From Entomortierella parvispora E1425 (lineage: Eukaryota; Fungi; Mortierellomycota): a stretch of DNA of 64,000 nt. The stretch spans positions 620,001 through 684,000 of the forward strand of contig BQFW01000007.1 of NCBI GenBank assembly GCA_020891255.1, given 5' to 3'. A program made the translations under genes and the position numbers. Under the pieces are notes generated by a model, which was not told the DNA's origin, did not search any database, and was given only the letters and a program-made list of their open reading frames with translations. This document shows positions 1 to 12,283 of this stretch, one piece after another (position 1 is the first letter of the stretch; every line of letters begins with the position of its first letter).

Positions 1-3000
1 CCAGTTTGGTCTGCCGACTGGGTTTGACCTGACCGCGTACGCGTCCTTGTCGCGATCGTTGTGTTCTCACTGGAATCATTGCCCTCTTGGTTCCGACCAG
101 TTGGGTCTTCCTCTGATTCTGATTCGCTGTCTGTGAAGTCCGTCTCTTGAACTGCCTGCCCAGACTTAGTCCTCTTCGTCAGATGGTTTAACTGCTGCGA
201 CGAGTGCACCCCTGGTCGATCGCGAGTCTTCCAGTAGTCCTCGATGCATTTCGTCTCAAAGAAATTCCTTATCGGTTCCCAGGTATTGTCCTTTGCCGTG
301 TATCCTTTCCACTTCACCAGGTACTCTACTCCCCCCCCAGGTGGCTCCCTGTGGTTGAGTACTTTTTCTACCTCGTAAGTGGGTGTAGCTTCAAAATCCT
401 CCAAGACGAGTTTGAGCTGTGATGGTGCAAAATTACGCTTGAGTTCCTCACCTGTACCGTCACGCAGTACATATGAGCCCCCTGTTGTTTTGCGAACGAC
501 CGTAAATGGTCCCTCGTAACGCGGCGCAAGTTTGTCTCCTCGGATTGGGTCAATTGACATCACCTTAGCTCCGTCAGCAAATTCATTGAGCAGGATCGAT
601 TTGTTGAATCGTTCGACCATTCGTCGTTGGGTCTCCTTAGCCTTAGCTGCAATTCCTGGAAAGACAACATCGGTCACGTATTGTAGTCTCTCCAAGAGTT
701 CTTCCTTCGTGGCGGCTCCCACATTGGCACGCGGAAAGTTGCTGTTCCCGTCGTATTGTCTGGCAAAGAAGAGTGAAAATGGAGATGAGTTGTGTAACGC
801 GACGATCCTCGTGTTCATGGCCAACTGTGCCATAGGTACATGCTGTGCCCAACTGGCTTTGTCTCCTTTGATCTCCTTCCTAATTATGTTGCAAGCCGTC
901 TTGACGTGGTTCTCTGCCACTCCATTTCCCCGTGGGTGATATGGTGTGACAAGACGGTGCTCTGCTCCTGCTTTCTTCAGTAGCGTGGTTACTGCCTCGT
1001 TGACAAACTCTCTGCCATTATCCGATTGGATGATCCTGGGGAATCCGATCGTAGTGAAGATACCAAGAAGTACTTCCGCGATCGTGAGTGCTGCTTTGTC
1101 TGGTATGGGTCGTAAGAATACAAACCGCGTGCATACGTCGACCAGCACAAGGAGGTATCGGCATCCATTGCTTTCCTCCGGAAATGGTCCAGCCAGGTCG
1201 ACTGCCATGTGTTCACCAGGTAGATTCGAATATATGGCCGCCAATGGGTGATAGCCTTTGCGAGCGATGTTGGTTCGCTGGCATTCGCGACAACGTTTGA
1301 CGTGTTCCAGACAATCCTTGACAAGATGTGGCCAAGTTTTGCCTATCGCATGAATATGTTTAACCATTGCATTGGCACCGAAGTGGCCATTTGCATGTAC
1401 ATCATCTAACAGCGTCGTTCTGTCCGATTCCTCGACGGTTTCCCTAATTGTGTCCTTGTCCTGGATCAGATGTACGTAACCATACACTTTGTCTGGTGCG
1501 GTTCCTTTGATCTTATCCGTCCATAAGTCCTTTGGAAATTGCCGAGATAACGCGTCTGGCAGAACGTTCAGCGCTCCTGGTCGGTACACCACCTTGAAGT
1601 TGTAATCCAAGATTGTCTCCTGCCACGCTGTCAACATGGAGTTCATCTCTTGCTGGGTATGCATGAATGTCAGAGCTCTATGGTCCGTGTAGAGCGTGAA
1701 GTGTCTACCCCATAGGTAATAGTGCAATTTCTTTAGTGCAAAGACAATCGCCAGCAACTCCCGCTGTGTAGCTGAATAATTGCGTTCACTTGGTTGCAAT
1801 GAACGTGCGACAAATGACACATACCGAATATTCTCCGGGTTTTGCTCCCCATCAGGTAATTGATACAATACTGCTCCTATGCCGAAGTTCGATGCATCTG
1901 TGGCAACATGGAACGGTAGGCTAAAATCAGCAAAGTGTAGGATGGGAGCAGCGATGAGCAGATTCTTTAGGGCGTTGAAACATTCAAGCTGTCTCTTATC
2001 CAATTTGAATCGTCCTGGTGCATTCCTCAAGGCATCCAGCGGCGCTGCTATCGTACTAATCAATGGGATGTATTCTCTGAAGAAATTAAACGTACCCATG
2101 TATGACATGACCTCCGCACCTGTCTCGGGTGGAGCCCATTCATCGATGTTAGCCAATTTGTTCGGATCCACGCGTTTGCCGTTGACGTCGATCACAAATC
2201 CTAGCACTGCTACTTGCGTGGCAAAGAAGCGACATTTCTCAACATTAATGATGAGTTTCGCCGCAGAGAGTCTCTCTATGACTGTCTTCACATGGAGAGC
2301 ATGCTCTTCTCGATTCTTTGATGCAATCAAAATGTCGTCGATAAAATTACGCACGAAGGGTAAGTCTCCTAGGATTCTTGACATACCACGTTGGAATAGA
2401 CTGGAAAGCGGTTTGAGTCCAAACGGTGCCTTCTTGAACATGTACTGTTTTCCGTCGTGCATGAACGCTGTCAACATTTGATCAGCCTCATGGATTGGCA
2501 TTCTATGATAAGCTTGTCGCAAATCGATGGTAGTGAAGACCGCGTTGCCTCCCGCGAAATTCAGGATGTCACTAATGAGTGGGACTGGAAAATTGTCGTC
2601 AGGAAGGAGTGCATTTAATGGCCGTGGATCCAAACAGACACGGTAGAGTCGCTTTTGCCCCTCTGCATCTTTCTTGGCAGCCAATGTCAGAGTATTGTTA
2701 AACGGGTTTCCTACGGGCGCAAGCGTGATCACGTCATCCTTGAGCCATCCGTCAACCGTTGCATCAATGATGGGTATCTGAGCCGCCGCAAACACGCGAG
2801 GTCGTCGAAACAACTTCATGCCCTTGGGGACTTGTAAATACACCTTCATCTCTGGTACAGAACAATGACTCGTGGACGGAATGTCCGCATTGTCCTTCAG
2901 GGCCTGCTTAACATACTCCATGAATGCCTCTTTCTCCTTAACAAACTCCTCAGTCTTTTCAGTATCCGGGGTCGTGAGAGGTATGAGCGTTGGTTTCTGA

Positions 3001-5535
3001 TCTTCAATGACTGGTGGCGCCTTATCGGTAGACTGTCCCGGGACAGGCAAACCAACAATCCTGAAGCCAAAGTGATGAAACAAGTCCATGCCAATGGTGA
3101 ATGGATAGTCTTGTTCAATTACCTCATACGGGGCAGGAACTGTTCGCTCTCCACAGGTAACCTGTACACGATCCGTTTCTCCAATTCGTCTGACCACAGA
3201 TTTGTCTGCCAGCCGAATTGTCCCTGAACGCACATTGACATTGATTTTGTACCTCTGTACGATGTCAGTGCTCATGAACGAATGCGTTGCTCCGGTGTCC
3301 ACCAAAGCTAAGTGCCTGCTGTTCCTGAACATGACGTGGACAAATATCCTGTTGTCCATCTTTGCGTCCTTTTTGCTTGCATTGAACTTTGGTGAGTCGG
3401 ATCGAGAGAAAAGGGTGATGTTTCTCCCTTTTCGAGTCAAGACTCGTTTTCTCTTCTTCTTTTTTCTCTTACTCTGCTCACCTGATTTGATGTTGTCGTC
3501 AGCATCTGGCTGTACGTCCAGCGATGAGATCATCAAATCCTCAGAAAGTGTGACCGTGCATGCAGGTGAGTTATAAATAGAAAATTGTGAGTGGGCGAGG
3601 GAGTCCTCATCGTGCAGCACATCCGGGACGAGACCGTCTCCGATGTCTTTCTCTTCGTTTCTCGGCACTGTCGCGGAAGCGATTGTCTTTTCCTCACCCC
3701 TCGTTTTTCCCATTTCTGACTCGTCATCTTCTACCACTGCAACACCATACTTCTTGTTCATTGCATCACTGTCGACTATCATGTCGACGTCTTCGTCACT
3801 TTCGTCATCTACAACAATAACACTACTCTCCCCCCTCTCGGAGGATTGTTGCTTGAAAGTAACTTTCTTGCGTCTCTTCCGTTTCCGCATTTTCTCCACA
3901 GCATGCCCCTGCTCCTTGTCAACTCCATTCACAACGTTCATGACCGGGATGTCACTTGCATTAAATTCCAACAAAATATCTTCGTCTATATTTTTCTGCT
4001 GCGTTGTGTGGTCCATTTCTGGGTTTTCGACCGGGCCATGGATGCGTAGCAGCATGTCCTGTCGAGTTTCGGAAATCGCTTTCTCACTTTCCTGCGTTTC
4101 CCTTGTGTTGACCAGGTCTGCCTGTGGTATGGTTACAGAACTGACAATTAGTGGCACTGTGCTTGTCACTGCGTCATTGTTGTCATCGTTCTGCTCACCA
4201 GCATTGAAGTAGGGTTCGTTTCGCCTCTGGAAGCCTCTACCTCTACTACGATGCCCACGCCCGTTAGAGGCACCTCGAAAGTTGGGCTGGGTCGTCGAAT
4301 GATTTCCCTGCTTGGTTTCGTTGTGTCCATTGGCGGCATTCTGATTGCCTGAGGACTGCGAATGCTGATTCGTGGATTGCTTCTCAGCCGCTTTGCTGGC
4401 GTCCCTTTCGGCTCTAGCCTTTTTTGTCTCGGCGATGACTTTCTTCCATGCAGAAGAATCGTCGGGTCCTTCCAAGTTGGCCATTGCCTTAGTGACCCAT
4501 TCCCATGTTTTCATATTTGGTGGTGTCATGCCCATGTGCTGCAACATACATTTCTGAACCTCTATCCAGTTCATGACCGTGACAGCCAGGGATGGGATTG
4601 ACATTTGCAGTGTGTGGAGAATGTCGGCGCTTTGATCCAATTCCTTGATTTTTTTGTACACTGCGGCTGTCTCTCCGATTCTCTGAGAGTACTCCAGGTA
4701 TGATTCCCCTTTTTCTCTTCCTTCAATGGCAAACTTCTTCGCTTCAACTGACTTTTGCATTGGTGAGAGTGCAGCGCCGACGAATGCCTCCTCGCATGCT
4801 TTCCAGTCCCATTTAGCATTTGGGTTCGCCTGGACAGCAACATGGAAAGCTCGCCCGACCTTCTTGTCCATGTTCGCCATGGTCAACACTCGCTGGCATG
4901 TATTGTTGAAGGTAACAACGCCCATGTTCGCTTCACCATGTCTGCGGAGCTCGAACAGGAATTCCCGTACATTCTGAAAGAGCTTTGCGTCCGCTTTGGC
5001 AGGTAACGGTGGCAAGGTGTCTGGCGGTTCCACGGGTGAGTGGAATCGAGGACAGTCAGAGGCAAGAGTGATCTTGAGCTCAACTCCGTCCTTGCTGTAC
5101 GTTGCTCCTGTGCCGGACACGGATTGTGCGTCCTCAGTCTCAGAGAGTTTCAGGTCACGCAAGATCAGCTGGAAGGCGGCTATCGCCTCTCGCTTCTCTT
5201 TCGCCTCTGCTTCAACTTCTTTGCAGCGGGCGGCTAATCCTGGGGACTTGTCGACCATACTTTTCAACAGCAGTCCGCCGTGAATGCTGGACAAGCGGCC
5301 AAGTTGAGTAGACAAGTCGAGGATGGTACGTTCTGCACTCTCCTTGGTGAGTCGTTCCGACTCTGGGATTCCAGGGTCTTCGTTTAACCTCCATCATCGC
5401 ATCGTCATCTGGTAGAATTCCTTCCACCGATTGGGGGTCGGTATCTATAGTCAAGTTGCGCATGGCTCCTTCGACTGGTGCAGCCTCTCCGACACGGGGC
5501 TGACCATTACCAATGATGTCCGACAGTTCGGTCAT
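1..5535 (-). mobile_element. Ty3/gypsy chromovirus (element A): gag-pol polyprotein, 3' end beyond the window
   Basis: Manual minus-strand translation gives, in one frame: aspartic protease LVDTGA (D at 3297-3299), RT (CLDPRPLN...APFGL...NFIDD at 2334-2345), RNase H (HVATDASNFGIGAVLYQ), integrase (HHCC finger, VDLAGP, SDNGREF) and a chromodomain (YEVEKVLNHR...YLVKWKGY...TWEP). Motifs were frame-checked, not every codon. The N-terminal ORF 5535-5212 joins after a 1-nt shift near 5385. Confidence 0.95.
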
Positions 5536-5986
5536 CTAGGGACAGATGGATGCAATTGTAGTGACGGATGGGTATCAGTTTACCGGCTAGGTCTGTTGAT
5601 ACGCACTGCCGTACTTTACTGTTGTCTACGGTCTTTTCCTAGGATGTCTCCCAAAAAAAATAAAAGTAGCGAGAGAATTTTTTCATCCAGGGTATCTCCC
5701 CCGCATTTTGTCCTAGACGGGCGACCCCTCATGTGGCTTAGCTTCGATCCACATGTGATGCCTTGTTGACACTCCTGGTTCAGTTCAAACTCTCGTTCAT
5801 TCCTCATCACGCCATCGGCGCATGATCCCGGGGGACCAATCAGCGATGATCTTTGTCGTGGTGATGCCCATTTAAATGGAGTAGCGATGGAGGAAGTGAA
5901 TCTCCATTCCTCCTTCCATTCCTTTTTCCTTCGCCCCGACTTTTTTTTTCACCATTCCTTCGTTCATTCTGCACTTTCATCACGTA

Positions 5987-6691
5987 ATGACCAAAGGACA
6001 CCCTCGTCGTGCGTCTATGCGACCAACTATGGATGGGCCGCTTTCACCTCGCCTGCCTCCTTCCCAGCCTGTTGCTGCTGACACGGTTTTGTCCGCTCAT
6101 GCAGCAGTCGCTGATTCCGACGATGGTGGTGAGTCTGACGACAGCACTAAATCTGTCGCTCTCTTCCGACGGTCAAGTTCTGTGCCTCGTTCTCCTCCTC
6201 CTGAGGTAGGGACATCGACCTCGCCTTCGCACTCTATCCTGCCGTTATCGCTGACCTCGTCATCGAGTACTCCACTGTCACAGTCGGTCAGTGAGACCGT
6301 TTCATCGACTTTTGTTGCCGAAGACAACATGGTACCTGTCGAGAACGACGATCTTACTTTTCCCTCATCTCAGATGGTCAGAGACTGGGGTGAATCGACT
6401 ACTGCGGCGGCAAGACGTGCCCCCACGGTGATTGACGATGTGGAGAGTTCGTCTCAGCAGACGTTGGAGGATGTCTCCCTCCAAGCTTTGAGAGACTTGG
6501 GTCAACGTGTGGGTACTGCTTTCCACCGCAGTGCGGAGGAGCACGGCGTCGAGGGTCGTGACCACTGGACAAATGAACACGCAGCGTTAGCTTTCCAGTA
6601 TTCGGCTCAATTAGCTTTCACCACGCAGCTCATTGCCAGAGGACGTCAGAAGAGAAACGTCCGTTTCTCTCCTTATACGAAAGCAACCTGA
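5987..6691 (+). CDS. Hypothetical S/T/D-rich ORF (234 aa), antisense to and upstream of element A gag
   Basis: Single open frame from the ORF track, low complexity, no recognisable domain. Confidence 0.35.
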   Translation: MTKGHPRRASMRPTMDGPLSPRLPPSQPVAADTVLSAHAAVADSDDGGESDDSTKSVALFRRSSSVPRSPPPEVGTSTSPSHSILPLSLTSSSSTPLSQSVSETVSSTFVAEDNMVPVENDDLTFPSSQMVRDWGESTTAAARRAPTVIDDVESSSQQTLEDVSLQALRDLGQRVGTAFHRSAEEHGVEGRDHWTNEHAALAFQYSAQLAFTTQLIARGRQKRNVRFSPYTKAT

Positions 6692-7180
6692 TAGATCTTC
6701 CAAGTGCACGATTGTAATAAAATGGGTGTCTTCATTGCATTTTGACTGTGCAACGTAGATCATCGTGTGGGCGCAACTAGTGCATCGTCGCGTACAGGGT
6801 GAACAACTCATTCCCTGAACTGTACTGAATATCGACGATATCTCATGCAGCGTGGACTTTCGGGTCCTCCACTGATGGACTGTATTTCCACTACTAGAAC
6901 GCATCCGTTTCCACGGTGTTTCCGAGTGTAGATCCTCTCTTTTCAAACTCAATTAAAAAAATGAAATGTTTTGGTACTCACAAGAAGTAATTGGGACTAA
7001 GAGAAGGATCTGAACTGACCCCTCTGTCTCGATCCTATAAGGACGAGCCAGAGTGGCTTAGCACGGCTCCTGTCATCTTGCTTTATTGTGCTATCTGACA
7101 TGCCCGCTTGACCCAAATATACCACACTCTACGATCACATGGTCGGGAGAAGACAAAGAGACGATATCTTTTCACGATGG

Positions 7181-7213
7181 TTTATTCTAAACCTCGAGAC
7201 GCGTATGGCACTC
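7181..7213 (-). pseudogene. Displaced last codons and polyA signal of the piggyBac transposase
   Basis: Removing element B and one TSD restores ...NCFEECHTRLEV*, with the stop at 7187-7189 followed directly by AATAAA (7186-7181). Confidence 0.8.
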
Positions 7214-7324
7214 TGTAACAGGAATACGGTGACATCACGCGATGTGTACCTACAAAAGCTAGAAACTTGCAATATAATAAAACTCACTTCTTGTCTCCAC
7301 TCCACCCTCGATACTCCTATTGCA
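7214..7324 (+). repeat. 5' LTR of element B
   Basis: TGTAACAGGAATACG...CTCCTATTGCA, identical to 12173-12283. Confidence 0.98.
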
Positions 7325-7336
7325 TGGTAGCAAAGG
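7325..7336 (+). promoter_or_regulatory. Primer-binding site, probably tRNA-iMet
   Basis: TGGTAGCAAAGG directly follows the 5' LTR and resembles the complement of initiator-Met tRNA 3' ends (...GCUACCA). Confidence 0.8.
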
Positions 7337-7442
7337 TTTTCGATCCACTGACCTCACTGACCCACTGACCCTCCGACACACTCACACCCTGGACCCCCTC
7401 GTATCCCTCTTCGATCAACTCTCCCTCGACAATTCACCCAAC

Positions 7443-8363
7443 ATGGACTCCGCGACACCGTCATTCAAATTCCCTCATCCAACACCGTTCAACGGCAAGC
7501 GCGACGGATTCTCTGTTCTCGGTTTTCTGAAACGCATGACCTTTTTCTTCGATGGCGCTGGAATTGCCGAATCTCGCAAGGTCGGGGTTACCCTTGCCTT
7601 TGCCGGCGATGAGGTTATCGGCTGGTGGGCACTCTTAAACAAGCCATCCGACACCTCATTCCCGGATTTCAGCGAGCTCCTTGCCGCCGAGTTCAGCCCT
7701 GCGAAGTTTAAGGAGCACATTCTCGCCCTCACAATGCAAATGAAAATGACACTGCCACTGAACATCTCCAACGTCATGGCCTATATTACCAAAGCCCGTG
7801 AATACCACCTACTCCTCCAGTCTTACTACGCCGACAACGCAGTTCTCAACGATACTATCCGTACTGCCTTTCTCAGTGGTGCACCTACTCAGCTTCGCCA
7901 GATGCTGGAAGTGGCCATTGTTAATGCAGGCAACGACACCATAGATCTGCCCAGACTCTTTAAGGCCGCGGAGGAGTTCGGTCGTATCTTCCACACTGAA
8001 GACCCATCACTCGGTGCCAAAGCACTGGCTGCCTCGGGATCCTCTGCTGGTATCACCGACCCCAACGCAATGGAAGTGGACAATATTCATATCCAACTCA
8101 ACAATATCCACAAGCAACTCGGCACCCTTCACCGCTCCTTACAGAACCGCCCCACCAACGGTACTAACAACCCTTCTCGAGATCGCCCCGCACCCCTGAC
8201 CGCCGCCGACCGAGAGTACCTTGTACGTAACGGTGGCTGCTTCCGCTGCCGCGAATTGGGTCACATCAGTCCCAATTGCCCTAAGTACGGCAACGGCAGC
8301 CGAGGAATTAATCAAGTAACCGCGGGTGAATCCCCTGATTCGGGAAAAGCCTCCGGCAACTAG
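7443..8363 (+). CDS. Gag of element B
   Basis: MDSATPSFKFPHPTPFNGKRDG... capsid-like start; CCHC knuckle CFRCRELGHISPNC near the C-terminus. Confidence 0.92.
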   Translation: MDSATPSFKFPHPTPFNGKRDGFSVLGFLKRMTFFFDGAGIAESRKVGVTLAFAGDEVIGWWALLNKPSDTSFPDFSELLAAEFSPAKFKEHILALTMQMKMTLPLNISNVMAYITKAREYHLLLQSYYADNAVLNDTIRTAFLSGAPTQLRQMLEVAIVNAGNDTIDLPRLFKAAEEFGRIFHTEDPSLGAKALAASGSSAGITDPNAMEVDNIHIQLNNIHKQLGTLHRSLQNRPTNGTNNPSRDRPAPLTAADREYLVRNGGCFRCRELGHISPNCPKYGNGSRGINQVTAGESPDSGKASGN

Positions 8364-8387
8364 GGTCGGTCCGGACCCCAGTTGTCG
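8342..8387 (+). promoter_or_regulatory. Candidate -1 programmed ribosomal frameshift signal
   Basis: G GGA AAA heptamer at 8342-8348 in gag phase, then the stem CAACTAGGGTC / GACCCCAGTTG (8357-8384, one mismatch). The -1 frame stays open past the gag stop. Confidence 0.7.
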
Positions 8388-11300
8388 AAACTGTAGCCAA
8401 CAACCCTGAGCTAAGTACCTCAAATAAAACTTCACTTGATTCTACACCTCAGAAACATGACTCCAATCATGACAAGCGAACTCACATCCACGATGCTCTG
8501 GTTGTTCTATCGGACCGAAACCAAAACCAAACCAAAAAACCTGTTGCCTCGCCCGCTCCAGTTGCCCTGTCCGCTCCTCTACCTAGATCCTCCGATACAG
8601 ATGAACCGGACCCTCTCGCTGTACCGCCGGCACCTAGTGTACCTCTGTCCAAAAAGTCAGTTGAAGAAGTTGAAGCGTCGTGCGATTCGCCTACACGAAT
8701 TCACTGTCCAAAAGGCAGAGAGCCAACTGCTCACTTTCATCGGTTCTGTCAATGGCCACGCTGCCAGAATCCTGATTGATGGTGGTGCAGAAGGTAATAT
8801 TATCAGTTCGTCTTTTCAAAAGCGACACCAGCTCCTCCGCACTGAATGCTTGCCCATCCCCATCCTCCTCCCCAATGGCTCTTCCTCCCTCACATCACAC
8901 ACCGTCCCCATCACCCTCAACCGCAGCGACTACTCCGATTCGCTCAACCCTATTCTCTATCCTCTCAACAAATACGACCTCATCCTTGGCAAACCCTGGC
9001 TCACCAAAGTTAACCCTTGCATCAATTGGCGCACCAACGATCTTCATTTCACTCACAATGGAATCGATGTCAAATGGAGCTGCCGCGGCTTCAAGGCCGA
9101 TCACATCCAAAGCCGCACCAAAGGACTCCTCCTCACACACATGCACTTTCATTCCATGGCAACCCTGCCCGGCTCGGAGGTGTTCCTGGCCCTTATTCGC
9201 AACACCCCAGAGCCCTCTGAAGAAACTGACCAACCGCGTACAATTCCCGATATGACCCCCAGAGGTGCGGTCCATTGTCATGGAAGAGTTCGCTGATGTC
9301 TTTCCGGAGAAACTCCCGGACGGCCTGCCCCCAGACCGTGGTGATGCTATGAAGATCGAGACCGACCCGACAGCCGACCCACCCTTCCGCCCTGTCATTA
9401 GACTTTCAATCGCCGAGCTTGACGAACTTCGCAAACAACTGGACCAATTGCTAGCAGCAGGTTTTATCAAACCCAGTACCTCTCCCTATGGCGCCCCCGT
9501 GCTCTTTGTGCGGAAGAAGGACGGCACACTCCGAATGTGCGTCGACTACCGTGGCCTCAACAAGATCACCAGGAAGAACAGACACCCGCTGCCCCGTATC
9601 GACGAGCTACTTGACCGCTTCCGTGGAGCACGCTATTACTCCAAGTTGGACTTGTTATCCGGTTATCATCAGCAGCGTATCTTTGAACCACACACACACA
9701 AGACTGCCTTCCGTTGTCGCTATGGTCACTTTGAGTTCAATGTTGTTCCCTTTGGCCTTACTAACGCTCCTGCTTCGTTCTCCAATATGATGTTGCGAGT
9801 ACTCGATCCAGTCTTGGACAAATGGGTTGTCGTGTATCTCGACGATCTGTTGATCTACTCCAAGACAAAGAAAGAACACCTGCAGCATCTCCGAAGCGTC
9901 CTGGCTCTCCTCCGCAAGAACGGTCTGTACGCGAAATTGAGCAAGTGCTCCTTCATGCAAGACGAAACTGAATTTTTGGGCCACACCATCACCAAGGACG
10001 GGATCAAAACATCGGCCGGGCTCAGCAAAGCCATCAGTGACTGGCCCACCCCCAAGAGCACAAAGGACGTCCAGCAATTTTTGGGGCTTGCGCAATTTTA
10101 TCAACAGTACGTATCGGGCTTTGCAGGGATTGCCCTCCCTCTCTCTTCCCTCCTCGCCAACAACACTCCCTTCAAATGGACCGACGAACAACAATCTGCA
10201 TTCCTTCAGCTCAAACGCGCCATCTGCTCCGCCCCCGTCCTCCGCATCTTCGACCCCGATCTCTCACCTTTGTCGAAACAGATGCATCCGGTTTCGCCAT
10301 CGGTGCAGTGCTGCTGCAGACTGACCGGGAAGGGAATACCCATCCCATCGCATTCACTTCCAGGAAAAATGCAGTCAGCTGAGCGGAACTACCCTGTCCA
10401 TGAGCAGGAACTGTTGGCTGTCATCCATGCGCTCCGCACTTGGCGCTACTACCTCGATGGAACCAAGTTCAGCGTCCACACCGACCACGCCACCCTCCGC
10501 CACTTCCCCACACAGCCCAAACTCACTCGTCGACAGGCTCGCTGGATGGAGTTGCTTCAGGAATACGACTTTGACTTCAAGTACAAGCGAGGAGTTGACA
10601 ACATCGTCCCAGACGCTCTCTCCCGACGACCGGACTACCGCGAGCCTGACCCTGTTGAGCTATACAACCTCAGCGTCTCCCTGTCCCCGGACGTCCGTGA
10701 CCAGCTTGTCCAGGACTACAACGACGATCCTCGACTTGGACCCATCTACAAGGATTGCCTGGATGGGAAGGTTGCCAATGGATATTCATTCCAGAACAAC
10801 CTCCTCTACTTTACCCGACGTGGAGCAACCACCCTGGCCATCCCTCGGCACTCCCCGATCCGCCTCACTCTCTTGCACGACGCTCACGACTCTGCCACTG
10901 CTGGACACTTTGGTTTTCAAAAGACTTACGACAACCTGCGCCGTTTCGTATATTGGCCCCACATCGCCAAGGATACCCAGCAGTATGTAGCAACCTGCGA
11001 GAAGTGTCAAAGGAACAAGGACTCACAGGATCGACCAGCTGGACTCTTGCAACCGCTACCCATTCCTTCGCAACGTTGGGAGGTAGTCACCATGGACTTC
11101 ATCGGCCCTCTTCCGCCCACAGCTAGAAATTTTGACGCCATCACAGTGTTTGTCGACAAGCTGACCAAGCAAGCTCACTTCGTCCCCAGTACTACCTCTG
11201 CCACAGCCGTCGACGTCGCCCACCAGTTTTTTTGACAACATCTTTAAGCTGCATGGCACACCAACATCCATCATCTCGGACCGCGACACTCGATTCACTA

Positions 11301-12161
11301 GTAGATTCTGGCAAGAGTTGCACAGGCTAATGGATGTCAAACTTGCACTGTCAACCGCCTACCACCCACAGACGGATGGGCAGACAGAGGTTATGAACAA
11401 GACGCTGAAGACTATGTTGAGAGCGTTTATTGACAACAAGCAGTCTAACTGGGACCAGCTCCTTCCGTCACTGGAATTCGCCTATAACAACGCTGTCAAT
11501 GCATCCACGGGATACTCGCCGTTCTTCCTCAACTCTGGCCAGCACCCTCGTCTCCCCCACCGCTCTCCTCGGTAAACCCAGCAGCTCAGTCCCCACTGTC
11601 GATACCTTCCTGACTGAGCAGGCGACCACCCTTGCCCTGGCCCAGGATGCTCTGCAGCGTGCTCAGGATCATCAGGAGCAACAGGCAAACAAGCGACGAC
11701 GGGATCACAAGTACAAGGTTGGCGAGAAGGTCCTGCTGCGTGCCACCAATATCACCATCCCTGCCGACAGTATCAGACCAGCCGATAAACTTCGACCTCA
11801 ATTCCTTGGCCCGTTCACACTTTTGGAGCAACACTCACCTGTCACCTTCCGCGTCGAGCTGCCACCATTCTACAAAATCCATGACGTCTTCCACGTTGAT
11901 ACCTTTCGACCCTATTTGCCGTCCCCGGAGTCACTCGGCATTCGAGCTCCTGCCCCCGTGGATCCCACTGTAATTGACGGCGAAGAGGAGTATGAAGTGG
12001 ACGAAATTTTAAAGTACCGCTTCTACCGCAGACAACACCAGTTCCTAGTGTCATTCAAAGGCTACGGCAGAGAAGCTGACGAATGGCTCCCAGTAAGCAA
12101 CTTGGACAACTGCATGGACTTGGTCACAACCTTCAAAGAGCAGCACGGTATCATTTTTTAA
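8349..12161 (+). pseudogene. Pol of element B (protease, RT, RNase H, integrase, chromodomain), broken by about six 1-nt frameshifts
   Basis: ILIDGGAEGN protease; RMCVDYRGLN...YLDDLLIYS RT; TDASGFAIGAVLLQ RNase H; HDAH...GH...CEKC and TMDFIGPLP integrase; YEVDEIL...WLP chromodomain. Shifts near 8652, 9258, 10265, 10363, 11228 and 11565, mostly in homopolymers, so they may be assembly errors. Confidence 0.9.
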
Positions 12162-12172
12162 AAAGGGGAAGG
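12160..12172 (+). promoter_or_regulatory. Polypurine tract of element B
   Basis: AAAAAGGGGAAGG immediately before the 3' LTR. Confidence 0.9.
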
Positions 12173-12283
12173 TGTAACAGGAATACGGTGACATCACGCG
12201 ATGTGTACCTACAAAAGCTAGAAACTTGCAATATAATAAAACTCACTTCTTGTCTCCACTCCACCCTCGATACTCCTATTGCA
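12173..12283 (+). repeat. 3' LTR of element B
   Basis: Identical to the 5' LTR and followed by the TSD CACTC. Confidence 0.98.

Larger units (their letters stand above)
7214..12283 (+). mobile_element. Complete Ty3/gypsy chromovirus LTR retrotransposon (element B), 5,070 bp
   Basis: Identical 111-bp LTRs (TG...CA) at 7214-7324 and 12173-12283; 5-bp TSD CACTC at 7209-7213 and 12284-12288; PBS, PPT, gag and pol in canonical order. Confidence 0.98.

Noticed and set aside
532-5283. Plus-strand ORFs of 100-200 aa (e.g. 532-939, 1879-2481, 3643-4212)
   Set aside because: Antisense shadows of element A's gag-pol frame.
5821-5880. TGGTCCCCCGG or TGGGCATCAC (minus strand) as element A's PBS
   Set aside because: Neither follows a clear LTR-terminal CA, and the 3' LTR needed for comparison is outside the window.
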